A DNA stretch of 64,000 nucleotides from positions 30,692,001-30,756,000 of the forward strand of contig OZ076409.1 of assembly GCA_964187785.1 (NCBI GenBank), in the 5' to 3' direction. Positions 1 to 9,534 of the stretch are shown in pieces. The position numbers were made by a program, and so were the translations under genes. The first letter of the stretch is position 1, and every line of letters starts with the position of its first letter. Under the pieces are notes generated by a model. The model was not told the DNA's origin and did no database searches. It was given only the letters and a program-made list of their open reading frames with translations. This DNA is from Amphiscolops sp. MND2022. Taxonomy: Eukaryota.

Positions 1-2
1 AC

Positions 3-2468
3 TTAATATTAGCCGATTATGGTGATGATCAATTTACACTTCGTATTCAAGATAAAGGCAATGTTGTTAAATATACTCCTCTTGACTCCTTTTCATTTCA
101 ATCTGTTTCCTCATTCTTAAACAAATACAAAAAACCAGTCAAAAACAAAGTTAAAACTCTCCTTCAACAAAACCCTCTTTTAAACGAAACTGATTTATAT
201 GACACAGACGATCCTGTTCTTAAACGAATTCCTCAGCAATCTTCACAAACATCTCATGAACTTCACACTCTTTTTACAGAAGTACAACATCACAATTTCA
301 ACGATATTACCTTGTCACACGATATTTTAACCAACTTTATAAACTCCCCTCCTATTATTAACCATACTTTACACAGTAACGCTATAACACCAACTTCCCC
401 AAAAACCATCAATACTCAATCTTTGCCATTTTTTGACCCTTCCTTCTTTGCCCACCGTAAGGCATTTGATAATTTTTTCCTTCCTTCTGACACCTTATTA
501 ACATTACCCATTTTACTTCAAGCTCAAAAGGATGATCCTGTTCTTTCTACAGTATATACATGGTTAAAACAAAAACAGAAACCTCACTCCTTGACCCCAA
601 TTATTAAAGCAAATTCCTTTTTATATACATATTATAAACAATTCCAACACCTATATATAGACCCAACCTCTCACCTCATTCAATATTATACTCCCAATTC
701 TCGAATTTTTGAAGAAATTTTTATTAAAACCCAACCCTCTATTAACCAGACACGTATATGTTTACCATTTAAACTTTTCTACGCCGCATTCAGTAAAACA
801 CATTCTCATGGCCACTCCGGTGAAAAACTTTCTATTAAAACTTTTAACCAATTCTATTTTATTCCCCATCTACCTTTATGGTTTTCAATCTTTATCCATG
901 ACTGTATTGACTGCCAGACAAATAAGCATTTTCCAATTAAACCACAAAATATTTCTCCTCCCCTTCCTTTTTATGAAAACGCTACTCACTTCAATTACCG
1001 GATTTCTATGGACACCAAAGGTCCTATTTCCCCATCTTCTCAAAACAACTCCTATATTTTTGTTATTATTGATGCATTTAGTCACTTCGTTGTTACTAAC
1101 CCAGCTCCTAACATTAATTCAAAATACGCAATTCAAACTCTTCTCCATCACTGGATCACAAAATTTGGCCCCCCTCAATATCTTGTCACAGATCGAGGTA
1201 CCGAATATATCAATCAAGACATGGCTCATTTTTGTTCTCTCTTTCACATTAACCATTCACCTCGAACTCCCTATTCACCATGGACCAATGGTTTGGTCGA
1301 AGTCCAAAATAGAAATCTTGGAACTCACCTCCGAATATTTTTACAAAATCCTCCTACTAACTGGTCATTTCAAACCCAAATGTATGCATATGCTCATAAT
1401 ACAACACCTCTCTCTCAACTTAAACTTTCTCCATATCAAATCGTTTTTCACACCCATCCTCGCATACCTCTTACCTTTTCCCTTAATTTACCTCGAGAGG
1501 CTCAAAAACAATGTATTGCAACTTATTGTGAATCTCTTCCTCCTCATTCACATTATAGTACCCAAAACCTTAACCCATTTTTTCATTCCCTTCTTGACAA
1601 ACCCATCTCATCGTGGCTTTTAGCAGCTGAAACCGCAATGTTAGAAATATATTCAACTGTTCATCGTCATATAAATCACAAACTCAATTCTCAAAGTTCT
1701 ACATTTGAAACTACCCATTTGAAACAACTACCTCTTAATACCTTCGTTATACATACAAACTTTAAACCAGTTACGTTTTCAAACAAACTTAAACCTCTTC
1801 GAATTGGCCCATATAAAATCCTTAAACATCTTTCTGAAGTAACATATGAGCTTCTTTCACAAGATGGCTCTACATTTCAAACTCATCGAAATCATATTTT
1901 GCCATACTACCCTAAAGAACCCATAATTTTCCCATACATTAAACATTATCATTCCACCCCTTCTCTTATCAACAATCCTGATACTGATCCTTACCAAGAC
2001 ACCCTTTCTCAATTCTCTTCTTTAGATTTACAAAATAACTCTGACTCTTCTCAAACCCCTCCTCCTTCTGTATCCACAAATCTTAACAGCTCCCCCCCTT
2101 CCATTCCTAACTACCAAAACCTTTCACATTCCTCTTCTTTACAAGATCATTTCGACCATATTCCTTCCTCTACTACTATACCTTTACAATCTACTTCTTC
2201 TTCAGATAATCTCGATAATACAATAGACTCTCACGATTCAGATTTTGAAATGCTTCCAAATCCTCTTTATTATTCACACCCCTCACCTAACTCTTTCCCT
2301 CAGTTCTTTCCTCGTATTGCCGATTCTCCCAACACTTCTTCATCTACTTTACCTGAACCCCCCAACGAACCCATTTACCAACGAGCCCCCCATTCCCCAT
2401 ACAATTTACGTTCACTCCCTCCTCGCCATTATAATTCTTCTAAACCGACCATTAGCTTCCCTCCATGA
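3..2468 (+). CDS. pol: Pol polyprotein C-terminus: Gypsy-type integrase with Ser/Pro-rich tail (5'-partial)
   Basis: Frame is open from base 3 (LILADYGDDQFTLRIQDKGNVVKYTPLDSF...). HHCC zinc motif (HSHGHSG...CIDCQ), DDE core (ISMDTKGP / LVTDRGTEY / NGLVEVQNR) and GPY/F module (KLKPLRIGPYKILKHLSEVTYEL). Confidence 0.95.
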   Translation, partial: LILADYGDDQFTLRIQDKGNVVKYTPLDSFSFQSVSSFLNKYKKPVKNKVKTLLQQNPLLNETDLYDTDDPVLKRIPQQSSQTSHELHTLFTEVQHHNFNDITLSHDILTNFINSPPIINHTLHSNAITPTSPKTINTQSLPFFDPSFFAHRKAFDNFFLPSDTLLTLPILLQAQKDDPVLSTVYTWLKQKQKPHSLTPIIKANSFLYTYYKQFQHLYIDPTSHLIQYYTPNSRIFEEIFIKTQPSINQTRICLPFKLFYAAFSKTHSHGHSGEKLSIKTFNQFYFIPHLPLWFSIFIHDCIDCQTNKHFPIKPQNISPPLPFYENATHFNYRISMDTKGPISPSSQNNSYIFVIIDAFSHFVVTNPAPNINSKYAIQTLLHHWITKFGPPQYLVTDRGTEYINQDMAHFCSLFHINHSPRTPYSPWTNGLVEVQNRNLGTHLRIFLQNPPTNWSFQTQMYAYAHNTTPLSQLKLSPYQIVFHTHPRIPLTFSLNLPREAQKQCIATYCESLPPHSHYSTQNLNPFFHSLLDKPISSWLLAAETAMLEIYSTVHRHINHKLNSQSSTFETTHLKQLPLNTFVIHTNFKPVTFSNKLKPLRIGPYKILKHLSEVTYELLSQDGSTFQTHRNHILPYYPKEPIIFPYIKHYHSTPSLINNPDTDPYQDTLSQFSSLDLQNNSDSSQTPPPSVSTNLNSSPPSIPNYQNLSHSSSLQDHFDHIPSSTTIPLQSTSSSDNLDNTIDSHDSDFEMLPNPLYYSHPSPNSFPQFFPRIADSPNTSSSTLPEPPNEPIYQRAPHSPYNLRSLPPRHYNSSKPTISFPP

Positions 2469-2789
2469 TTAATATTCATTTTTTAATTGGATTTTCTCTC
2501 TCCCATTGTTCTCTGTCTAGACCTTTTCAAGCAGACATGTGACAATTTATTTAACCGCTTCCTTCAGTTCCATCTTCTCATTATGTCTCTAAGACACAAA
2601 CTGAACGGTTGCTTTCATCGAGACTGTTGTTCTCATCAAGACTTGTTGTCATATCGAAAACATTAACACTGAAACCATTAACATACCAAACTAAATTTTC
2701 AATACCTTTTCCTTCAACCCATTCTTCATTTTATTTAATTCTCACCCTAATATCTTCTAACCCCTTCCTTCTCCTTAATAATATACTAA

Positions 2790-4151
2790 CTCTTTCCTCT
2801 TGTTTCCATCCTGGATCTCACTGTTTTTTTATCTGACTCCTCCTCTAAAACTTCTTCTACCGTTTCAACTGATATTATACCTTCTTCACAAACTTCTGGA
2901 TCAACTCAGCAACCTCCTTTAAATCCTATCCCAATAACCCCTTCTCTAGATACCACCCCTGTTAATACTCCATCCCATACTCCTCTCCCTACCTCTGTTC
3001 CTCAACAAACTCAAACTTCTTTAACTCTTCCACTTTCTGATACAGAATTCCCTTTCGACATAACCCCTAATCAATCTCCACCTTCCTCTTCCTTTCATAT
3101 TCCTGACCCGAGTGACATTAACCCTACTCTTCTTCGAAATATTAATAACCCTACTCTTCCTCGATTAAAACTTATTCCTACTTCTATAAAAACTTTTCGC
3201 CGTCGCTCCCAATTAGATACCACTCTTTCTATCCCTCCACCTTGTTCTCACACCTCTACTAAGTCTTCTATACCTCCTTCTAAACCTCTTAAAATCCCCG
3301 TACTAGAATCTCTTGACTCACTTAAGAAAAAATCAGACTTAAGTGAAATTGACTCTACCACTTCTTCTCTTCTTTACCCACGTCTTCCCCCTTCTAATTC
3401 TGCTTCCAAATATACAACTTCTTCCTTGGATAATCTTCTTGACACCTCATCTGAGTCTACTATTAGCCATCCTCTCCGCCGTAGATACAATCTCCGTAAT
3501 AACCGTCGTCCTTCTCCTTCCCTTGCAAGCACAAACTCTTCTCTTTTACGTCACCACGCTCAATCCCTTTCTTCAGACTCCCTTTCAAACGCAGAAAACG
3601 CTCCTACTTCTGGCATTGACACTGCCTTTTCTCAACGTTCCTCTATTTCTTCTTATAATCATACTGGTCATCTTTTCTCTCGCCCAACTTCTCAAAATTC
3701 CACTCTTCTTTCATCTGACTCTCATTTACTTAACATTGATCTTACCTCTGATCAATATTCTACTCCTCCTACACCTAATCGTGTCGATTATCCTCTAATT
3801 GTAAATAATACACTTGTTAACAGTCCTCGCCAAGATCCTCGTTTTCTTTATCTTGCCACTCACAAACTTAATTCAAATCGTCATATTTCAGACACCCGTC
3901 GTCGTAAAGAATTTCTTCGTCTAGAAGAACCCAATCTCGAACTTAAATTTGAAATCAACGTCAAATTCCATAACTTAAGTCCCCATCCCATTCCGTCTCA
4001 TACAACAGTAAATTTTAAATCTCTTCCCCATCCATTTATTGCCACCAATCTTAGTCTTTTTGTTAGTGATAGCCCTCCATTTCGTCTTTTACACGGTTCC
4101 ATAACCTTCCTTAATACCCTCACCTTTTTAAAATACACTGCCCAATTTTAA
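2790..4151 (+). CDS. Accessory ORF2: 453-codon stop-free frame with no ATG; Ser/Pro/Thr-rich N-part and more globular C-terminal part
   Basis: Manual translation upstream of the track ORF 3426..4151 shows no stop back to TAA at 2787-2789 and no in-frame ATG. Confidence 0.6.
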   Translation, partial: LFPLVSILDLTVFLSDSSSKTSSTVSTDIIPSSQTSGSTQQPPLNPIPITPSLDTTPVNTPSHTPLPTSVPQQTQTSLTLPLSDTEFPFDITPNQSPPSSSFHIPDPSDINPTLLRNINNPTLPRLKLIPTSIKTFRRRSQLDTTLSIPPPCSHTSTKSSIPPSKPLKIPVLESLDSLKKKSDLSEIDSTTSSLLYPRLPPSNSASKYTTSSLDNLLDTSSESTISHPLRRRYNLRNNRRPSPSLASTNSSLLRHHAQSLSSDSLSNAENAPTSGIDTAFSQRSSISSYNHTGHLFSRPTSQNSTLLSSDSHLLNIDLTSDQYSTPPTPNRVDYPLIVNNTLVNSPRQDPRFLYLATHKLNSNRHISDTRRRKEFLRLEEPNLELKFEINVKFHNLSPHPIPSHTTVNFKSLPHPFIATNLSLFVSDSPPFRLLHGSITFLNTLTFLKYTAQF

Positions 4152-4239
4152 ACCTTAATACCCTCACCTTTTTAAAATACACTGCCCAATTTTAAACCTT
4201 AATACCCTCACCTTTTTAAACTACACTGCCCAATTTTAA
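4109..4239 (+). repeat. Three near-perfect tandem copies of a 44-bp unit spanning the ORF2 stop and ending just before the env ATG
   Basis: Unit CCTTAATACCCTCACCTTTTTAAAATACACTGCCCAATTTTAAA starts at 4109, 4153 and 4197. Confidence 0.97.
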
Positions 4240-4247
4240 TACAAAAC

Positions 4248-7019
4248 ATGTCTTTCCTTTTTTTTATCTCACTCTTCTATTTTCTTCCTTCTCTCTTCTT
4301 GGTATTTTCTCAAAATTTTCCATCTTCCGATCATATTGATCCTAATGATCCCCATATTTCAGATCTCTTAGTCTCTCACTATGATTGTTCTAAACAACAT
4401 AATTTAAGACAATTTAGTCTTACTCGCGTCCAACCATGCATTCAAGCCCCCTCTGCTTTTGAAACAACCCGTGCAATTGTCAATGTTTTTGTCCGTGCTA
4501 AGGCTAAGCGTCTTCGCGCTTGGACCTGTGAAGCATACGTCAAACGAGAAAAGTTTGTCTGTGCCCAATCTGATTACAAATATCGTCGCCATGACCGTAC
4601 AGATTATCATCAAAACACCATGGAACGTCCTCGTACTCTTGACCCAACCGAATGCAAACACGCTATTCGTCATTTAAACGGAACTCATAATCCTCAACTC
4701 GATGCTTTTAATTATTCAAATTCCTTTACCTTTTTCGATGATATTCAAAAACAACGCCTTTTAGAAACAAAACAACCTCCTTTTCGTATTAATAAACTCA
4801 ATACTTACCATTATGGTGCTTTTGCTTGGATCACCAATTCCCAATTAGTATTAAACTCAACTCTGAAAGAAAAAGCTGTTTGTTGGGACCGCTATGAGTA
4901 TATTATTGAAAAAGATAGTTGGTCTCTCATTGTAAAAGAAATTGAAATTACTTATGATGACAAAGAAAATAAATTGATATACCATGGTCATACTTTACCT
5001 TGCCTCCACGATGATGGTTTTTGTAAACCAACAATATTAACACCTTTCACCATTGTTTGGTTTCCTGAAGATCTCTGTTTAATTTTCTCTATTCATTCCT
5101 TTATTGGCCGCATGTCTAAACTCAATAACCGCTATTGGCTTGAAACTGAACATTTTTTTAACAATAATTCCTCTCCTGATTCAACTAATTCTCCTTACCA
5201 TGATACTAAATCTCAAACACGTCTTTCTCGTTTTGAAATTTTTCCTGAAAACAAAATGTTTTGTAATAAACCTACTCCTTTACATCTTACACAATATCCC
5301 GACTTGTTTGTAACCTACACCGAAGGTTTTAATATGCAAACTGGTAAACATAATCCACTCCAACTTCCACAAGATGAACAATACAACCAACTAACCACCA
5401 GGTTAATATCTGGAAAATTAATTCACACTAAAGATAAACTTCTTTTCCCTGCTCTCAATTCTTCAAATAATTTCGCTACCATTGATTATGAAGCCCATAT
5501 TAACACTAAACTTGACTACTCAATAAATCATGTTTTTAAAAGCATGTCCGTTGCTGAACTTAACACCCTCCACACCATCTGTGAAGTCGAACGTACTCAA
5601 CTTTTAACCATACTCGCTATGTCTGTTAAAAATCCACAACTTGCTGGTTTTCTCTTAACCCAAAACCGTAGCAATTTTTTATATGTTGAAGGCTCCACTG
5701 CCTGGTTATATGACTGTCCTCATCATCTTTCACCTCTCTATATTGCTGAACAATGTTATGACAAAATTCCTGTTAATTATCTTGACACTGTCATGTATGT
5801 TGATCCTATTACACGTCAAACTTTTGAATATGCAAACCAAATACCTTGTGAAAACAATCCTCAAAATGTTATTTCTCTTGACCCAGACACCGACCAATAT
5901 TACGTTCTCACTCCTCAACCTATTAAAAAAGACCCTCCTCTTCTTTTTGAACCAACTCAAATTCAAACCGCTATTAGCCCGAATACCTTTACTGCTCAAG
6001 ATGCTGGTATATATTCACAAAAAGAATTAAAACACTTTTGGGATCGCGTTTTATTTACTAAACATTCTGATAATACTCTCCAACTTCTTGGAAAAGCTAT
6101 CAGTTATGAATTTATGAATCAACAGTCTGACAATTCCTTTCCTAATAATCCTTATCGATCACTCCGCATTGGTCTTCATGACTACATGTTAAACCTAACT
6201 CCATTTTTCTCTCCTGATTGGTTTACAAATGCTTTTATCAAACTCTTTGGCTATCCATGTTATATTTTAACCCAATGTGGGATATATTTTTCTACTGCTC
6301 TCTTTCTACAATTCGCTTTCAATGCACTCTTTAGTATTTACCGCTCGTTCACTGTTCGAAATCTTCTTAAAAAACAAATTTCTGTAATTACTGCCTTAGG
6401 CTTTGGTTTCTTTGGTACTATTACCAAAACTATGATGACTGCTATGATCAAATCCACTCATTCATCATCAGATTCCGACGATTCTGATTCTCCTCATTCC
6501 CCTCTACAAAAAAATAATATTACATCTTCCACTTCTAAACCTCGTCCCCCTAAATATCATAAAAATATTAAAACAAAACTTCTTAGTTTAAAATATAAAA
6601 CTCCCATGAATAGAACCTCACCAAACTCTTCACCTATTAAACCCCCCTCTTCCTCGGTATTTCATGCTCCTTCCATTAATCCTACAAACCCTCCTAACAT
6701 CGAAAATTGTTCACCCCCACCTCCAAATTATAATTCTCATCTTTCATCCCATAATAACCTTTCTTCCCCCCACTCCCAATTACCTTCATTATCTTCACCT
6801 CCACATTTCCATAATTCGTCTCTTCCTGATGACACTAATTGTGACAATTCTTCCACTGATTCCCCCATTTATAATCCCTGGCAATCTACAAAATTATATC
6901 CTCCTACTCCACCACCAATTAAAACTAATGACATTCCGTTAACTTCTGTCAATAATATTTTTGACCCGCCTGACAGCCCTGTCAAAGTATATTCTTCTTG
7001 TCGCTTCCCTCCAGAATAA
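4248..7019 (+). CDS. env: Env-like membrane glycoprotein, probable class III viral fusogen (chuvirus-G / herpes gB-like)
   Basis: N-terminal signal peptide (MSFLFFISLFYFLPSLFLVFS); Cys-rich ectodomain with HYDC..FSL..VQPC, CEVERTQLL..NPQLAGFLL..EGSTAWLYDC, CYDKIPVNY..YVDPITR..QIPC and AGIYSQKEL motifs; N-glycosylation sequons; C-proximal hydrophobic segments; Pro/Ser-rich tail. Confidence 0.82.
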   Translation: MSFLFFISLFYFLPSLFLVFSQNFPSSDHIDPNDPHISDLLVSHYDCSKQHNLRQFSLTRVQPCIQAPSAFETTRAIVNVFVRAKAKRLRAWTCEAYVKREKFVCAQSDYKYRRHDRTDYHQNTMERPRTLDPTECKHAIRHLNGTHNPQLDAFNYSNSFTFFDDIQKQRLLETKQPPFRINKLNTYHYGAFAWITNSQLVLNSTLKEKAVCWDRYEYIIEKDSWSLIVKEIEITYDDKENKLIYHGHTLPCLHDDGFCKPTILTPFTIVWFPEDLCLIFSIHSFIGRMSKLNNRYWLETEHFFNNNSSPDSTNSPYHDTKSQTRLSRFEIFPENKMFCNKPTPLHLTQYPDLFVTYTEGFNMQTGKHNPLQLPQDEQYNQLTTRLISGKLIHTKDKLLFPALNSSNNFATIDYEAHINTKLDYSINHVFKSMSVAELNTLHTICEVERTQLLTILAMSVKNPQLAGFLLTQNRSNFLYVEGSTAWLYDCPHHLSPLYIAEQCYDKIPVNYLDTVMYVDPITRQTFEYANQIPCENNPQNVISLDPDTDQYYVLTPQPIKKDPPLLFEPTQIQTAISPNTFTAQDAGIYSQKELKHFWDRVLFTKHSDNTLQLLGKAISYEFMNQQSDNSFPNNPYRSLRIGLHDYMLNLTPFFSPDWFTNAFIKLFGYPCYILTQCGIYFSTALFLQFAFNALFSIYRSFTVRNLLKKQISVITALGFGFFGTITKTMMTAMIKSTHSSSDSDDSDSPHSPLQKNNITSSTSKPRPPKYHKNIKTKLLSLKYKTPMNRTSPNSSPIKPPSSSVFHAPSINPTNPPNIENCSPPPPNYNSHLSSHNNLSSPHSQLPSLSSPPHFHNSSLPDDTNCDNSSTDSPIYNPWQSTKLYPPTPPPIKTNDIPLTSVNNIFDPPDSPVKVYSSCRFPPE

Positions 7020-7397
7020 TAATATCTTTACTTTTGACTTTATTAATCCTCCTTCTGAATTTTAAACACCCAAACCCAATTTAATATCTTCACCTTTAAT
7101 TTTATTAATTCACATTCTGAATTTTAAACACCTTAATCCAATTCAATTTTCATACTAATATTATACCTCTTATACATAATAATTATAGTCCTTTTAAAAC
7201 TTTCACCTTTCCATTTCTCATAATTCTTGCTTTCAATCTGGTCATCTCTTCTCATCTCTCCAACATATTTCTCAAATTTTCTGTAACACCTAATCTTCAT
7301 CTAACAATCATATAATCTTTCCTACAAAAACGCACATTTGTATAACTTTCTCTAAACGCACATCTGTATAAACTATTCTAAACTTTTTTCTACAAAA

Positions 7398-8885
7398 ATG
7401 GCCACTATCAATCCCGAAGAAGAACTCCTTTCCAGCATTGCATCTTTGTCACCCCCTCTTTCTCTTAAATCTGGTACTCTTGATCTTCCTCTCACCAATG
7501 ATCCTCTTCCTCCTAATTCTACCAATACTCCAGAACCTACTATAAATACTAACCCCACCACTTCTCAATCCACTAAATCTTCTTCCAATGTTCTTAAATC
7601 TCGTCATTCCCCCACTCCGCCCCCAAATAATATCCATATTACTATTGACAATCATCACATCCCTACAAAAAAGAAATATAATATTCTTGAAGACCCTGTC
7701 TTCATTGATTCCGGTATTTTGCCCCCAACTCTTCATCCTTTAAAAAATCCTTCTCAATCTAATACAATGACAGACGAATTCCTCCGTAACCACCCAAATT
7801 TTAAAGCCAACCTTCCTTCCTTGTATATGACACCCACTACCTATAAATTTCGCTTTCCTCAAGACCGTAGTTTTGACCATTATGTTGCTTATGCTTCCAA
7901 AAATTTACCTCAACTCGCCTATTGGCAAACCAATCGTGTCCGCTTCTTTCAATTCCAATTCAACCTTCTTAAACCCACTCAACATGATTTAAACACCAAT
8001 CCCAATGATATCACCACAACTCCTTCTGTTAAAAAACTTCATCATCAAACCTATCAACTTTTTCTTGAACATAAACATCCTCAAAATTTTATTTTCCAAA
8101 ACCATAAATTTACTTCTCCATTTTCATTTCATTCTCATTATTCACTCAATCACCTCTTCACTATTGGAACAATTCGTAACTATGACCCTGTGAAACAATA
8201 CTTTGTCCTTTCTTCTTATCATGATCCCACCAGACCATTATTTGTACCTCAAGAAGCACTCAATGTAAACGATGATTTCCTCCTTCCTACACATATTCCA
8301 AACGCTGTTCAAAACTTTTTCCCCAAAATGACAAAACTCGTAGAAACACCTCTTGACGATCATTCTCGTTCACTTTATACTGCCCTAGTTCATAAACACT
8401 ATTCTCTTGCACAACTCAATTTTGTTATTGCGAAACTTTCTTCCTTCATTCTTAAAAAACAATACAAATATTTTTCATTAAACATCTCAGATGAAATCCT
8501 TCAAACTCTTCCTAAACACACTTCCCCTAATACTACATCTGAACCGCCTCACATTTCAACAATTCCTCCTCAATCTAATTCATACGTTCTTCAAACTGCT
8601 AATCCAAATGTTTGCATCAACTCTTTCTCTTGTCCCACCGACAAATTTGTCTCAGAAATACTTTCTCTTCTTCGCCCACATGTTGAAATTGCCCCAAACA
8701 CAGATCCTTTCATTATTTTAAATCACATTTTTGACACCTATCGTACTCTTCAATCTCTCCTTCAACTACACTCCACTGATATTCAAAATTTAACGATTTC
8801 TACAATCCATGTTAATGATTTTCTTAAAAAACTTGTTCTATTGGAAACTCCTCCTCAATTCACTTCCTCTTCAACCTCTCTCTAA
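7398..8885 (+). CDS. Accessory ORF4, 495 aa, unknown function
   Basis: Intact ORF with AAAATGG start context and the element's composition. Degenerate homologous copies occur on the minus strand at ~15880-16330 and ~18600-19950 (e.g. QDRSFDH vs QDRNYDH; HKHYSLAQLNF vs KHHSITQLHF). Confidence 0.8.
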   Translation: MATINPEEELLSSIASLSPPLSLKSGTLDLPLTNDPLPPNSTNTPEPTINTNPTTSQSTKSSSNVLKSRHSPTPPPNNIHITIDNHHIPTKKKYNILEDPVFIDSGILPPTLHPLKNPSQSNTMTDEFLRNHPNFKANLPSLYMTPTTYKFRFPQDRSFDHYVAYASKNLPQLAYWQTNRVRFFQFQFNLLKPTQHDLNTNPNDITTTPSVKKLHHQTYQLFLEHKHPQNFIFQNHKFTSPFSFHSHYSLNHLFTIGTIRNYDPVKQYFVLSSYHDPTRPLFVPQEALNVNDDFLLPTHIPNAVQNFFPKMTKLVETPLDDHSRSLYTALVHKHYSLAQLNFVIAKLSSFILKKQYKYFSLNISDEILQTLPKHTSPNTTSEPPHISTIPPQSNSYVLQTANPNVCINSFSCPTDKFVSEILSLLRPHVEIAPNTDPFIILNHIFDTYRTLQSLLQLHSTDIQNLTISTIHVNDFLKKLVLLETPPQFTSSSTSL

Positions 8886-9534
8886 TTGGTAAACACTTTC
8901 TTTCTTTTAATTCCTTTTAACAATACATTTTTTCTCAGAACAATGAATATCGATAACAAATTTCCATGGATCACATATTATCTTCTATGACCTCTTATTC
9001 GATTAACATACATATTACATCTTTCACTCTTTATTAGCATATATCATCTTTCCCCTCATTTTTGACACTCCTCTCTATTGTCTTTTCTATTTCTTAATCA
9101 ATTGCTTTGACACTTCCACTTGTTCTTCTGATAAATGTTGACATTACATCTCATGTCTTCTAATATTATTAACTCTTAAAGATCTTTTTCAAATTGCTCT
9201 CTCACTTGCTTTTCAAACTTTTTGCAGACCACTCCTATTTTAAATATCACACTCAAAACTCTTTAACTGACTATTTCCATTTTCATCTTTGCCAAATTTA
9301 TACTATCAGGTATAAAATATTTCAATTAACTTTCTCACTTTTCAAACATACTCTAACTTTTAACCACAAATTCTACAAATATTTTGCATCTTTCTTTTTG
9401 CATTTCACACTCTATCATATCTTTCTCTTTTCGATCCAATAAATTCACCACAACACTTTCTCTCTATTAAATTACTTCACATAATATAAAAAATATCATC
9501 ATAATTCAACATTTTCATTTATTTTGTTTTAGTA

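Noticed and set aside
4120..4200. TTTAAAC / TTTAAAA slippery sites for an ORF2-env frameshift fusion
   Set aside because: TTTAAAC is out of the ORF2 frame, a single -1 shift meets a stop in the next repeat unit, and env has its own ATG and signal peptide.
709..6942. Overlapping Leu/Ile-rich alternative-frame ORFs (709-1623, 3343-3798, 5683-6030 etc.)
   Set aside because: By-products of the T/C-rich, G-poor composition, with no recognisable domains.
3..8885. pol, ORF2, env and ORF4 all in the same reading frame
   Set aside because: Multiple in-frame stops separate them; consistent with chance.
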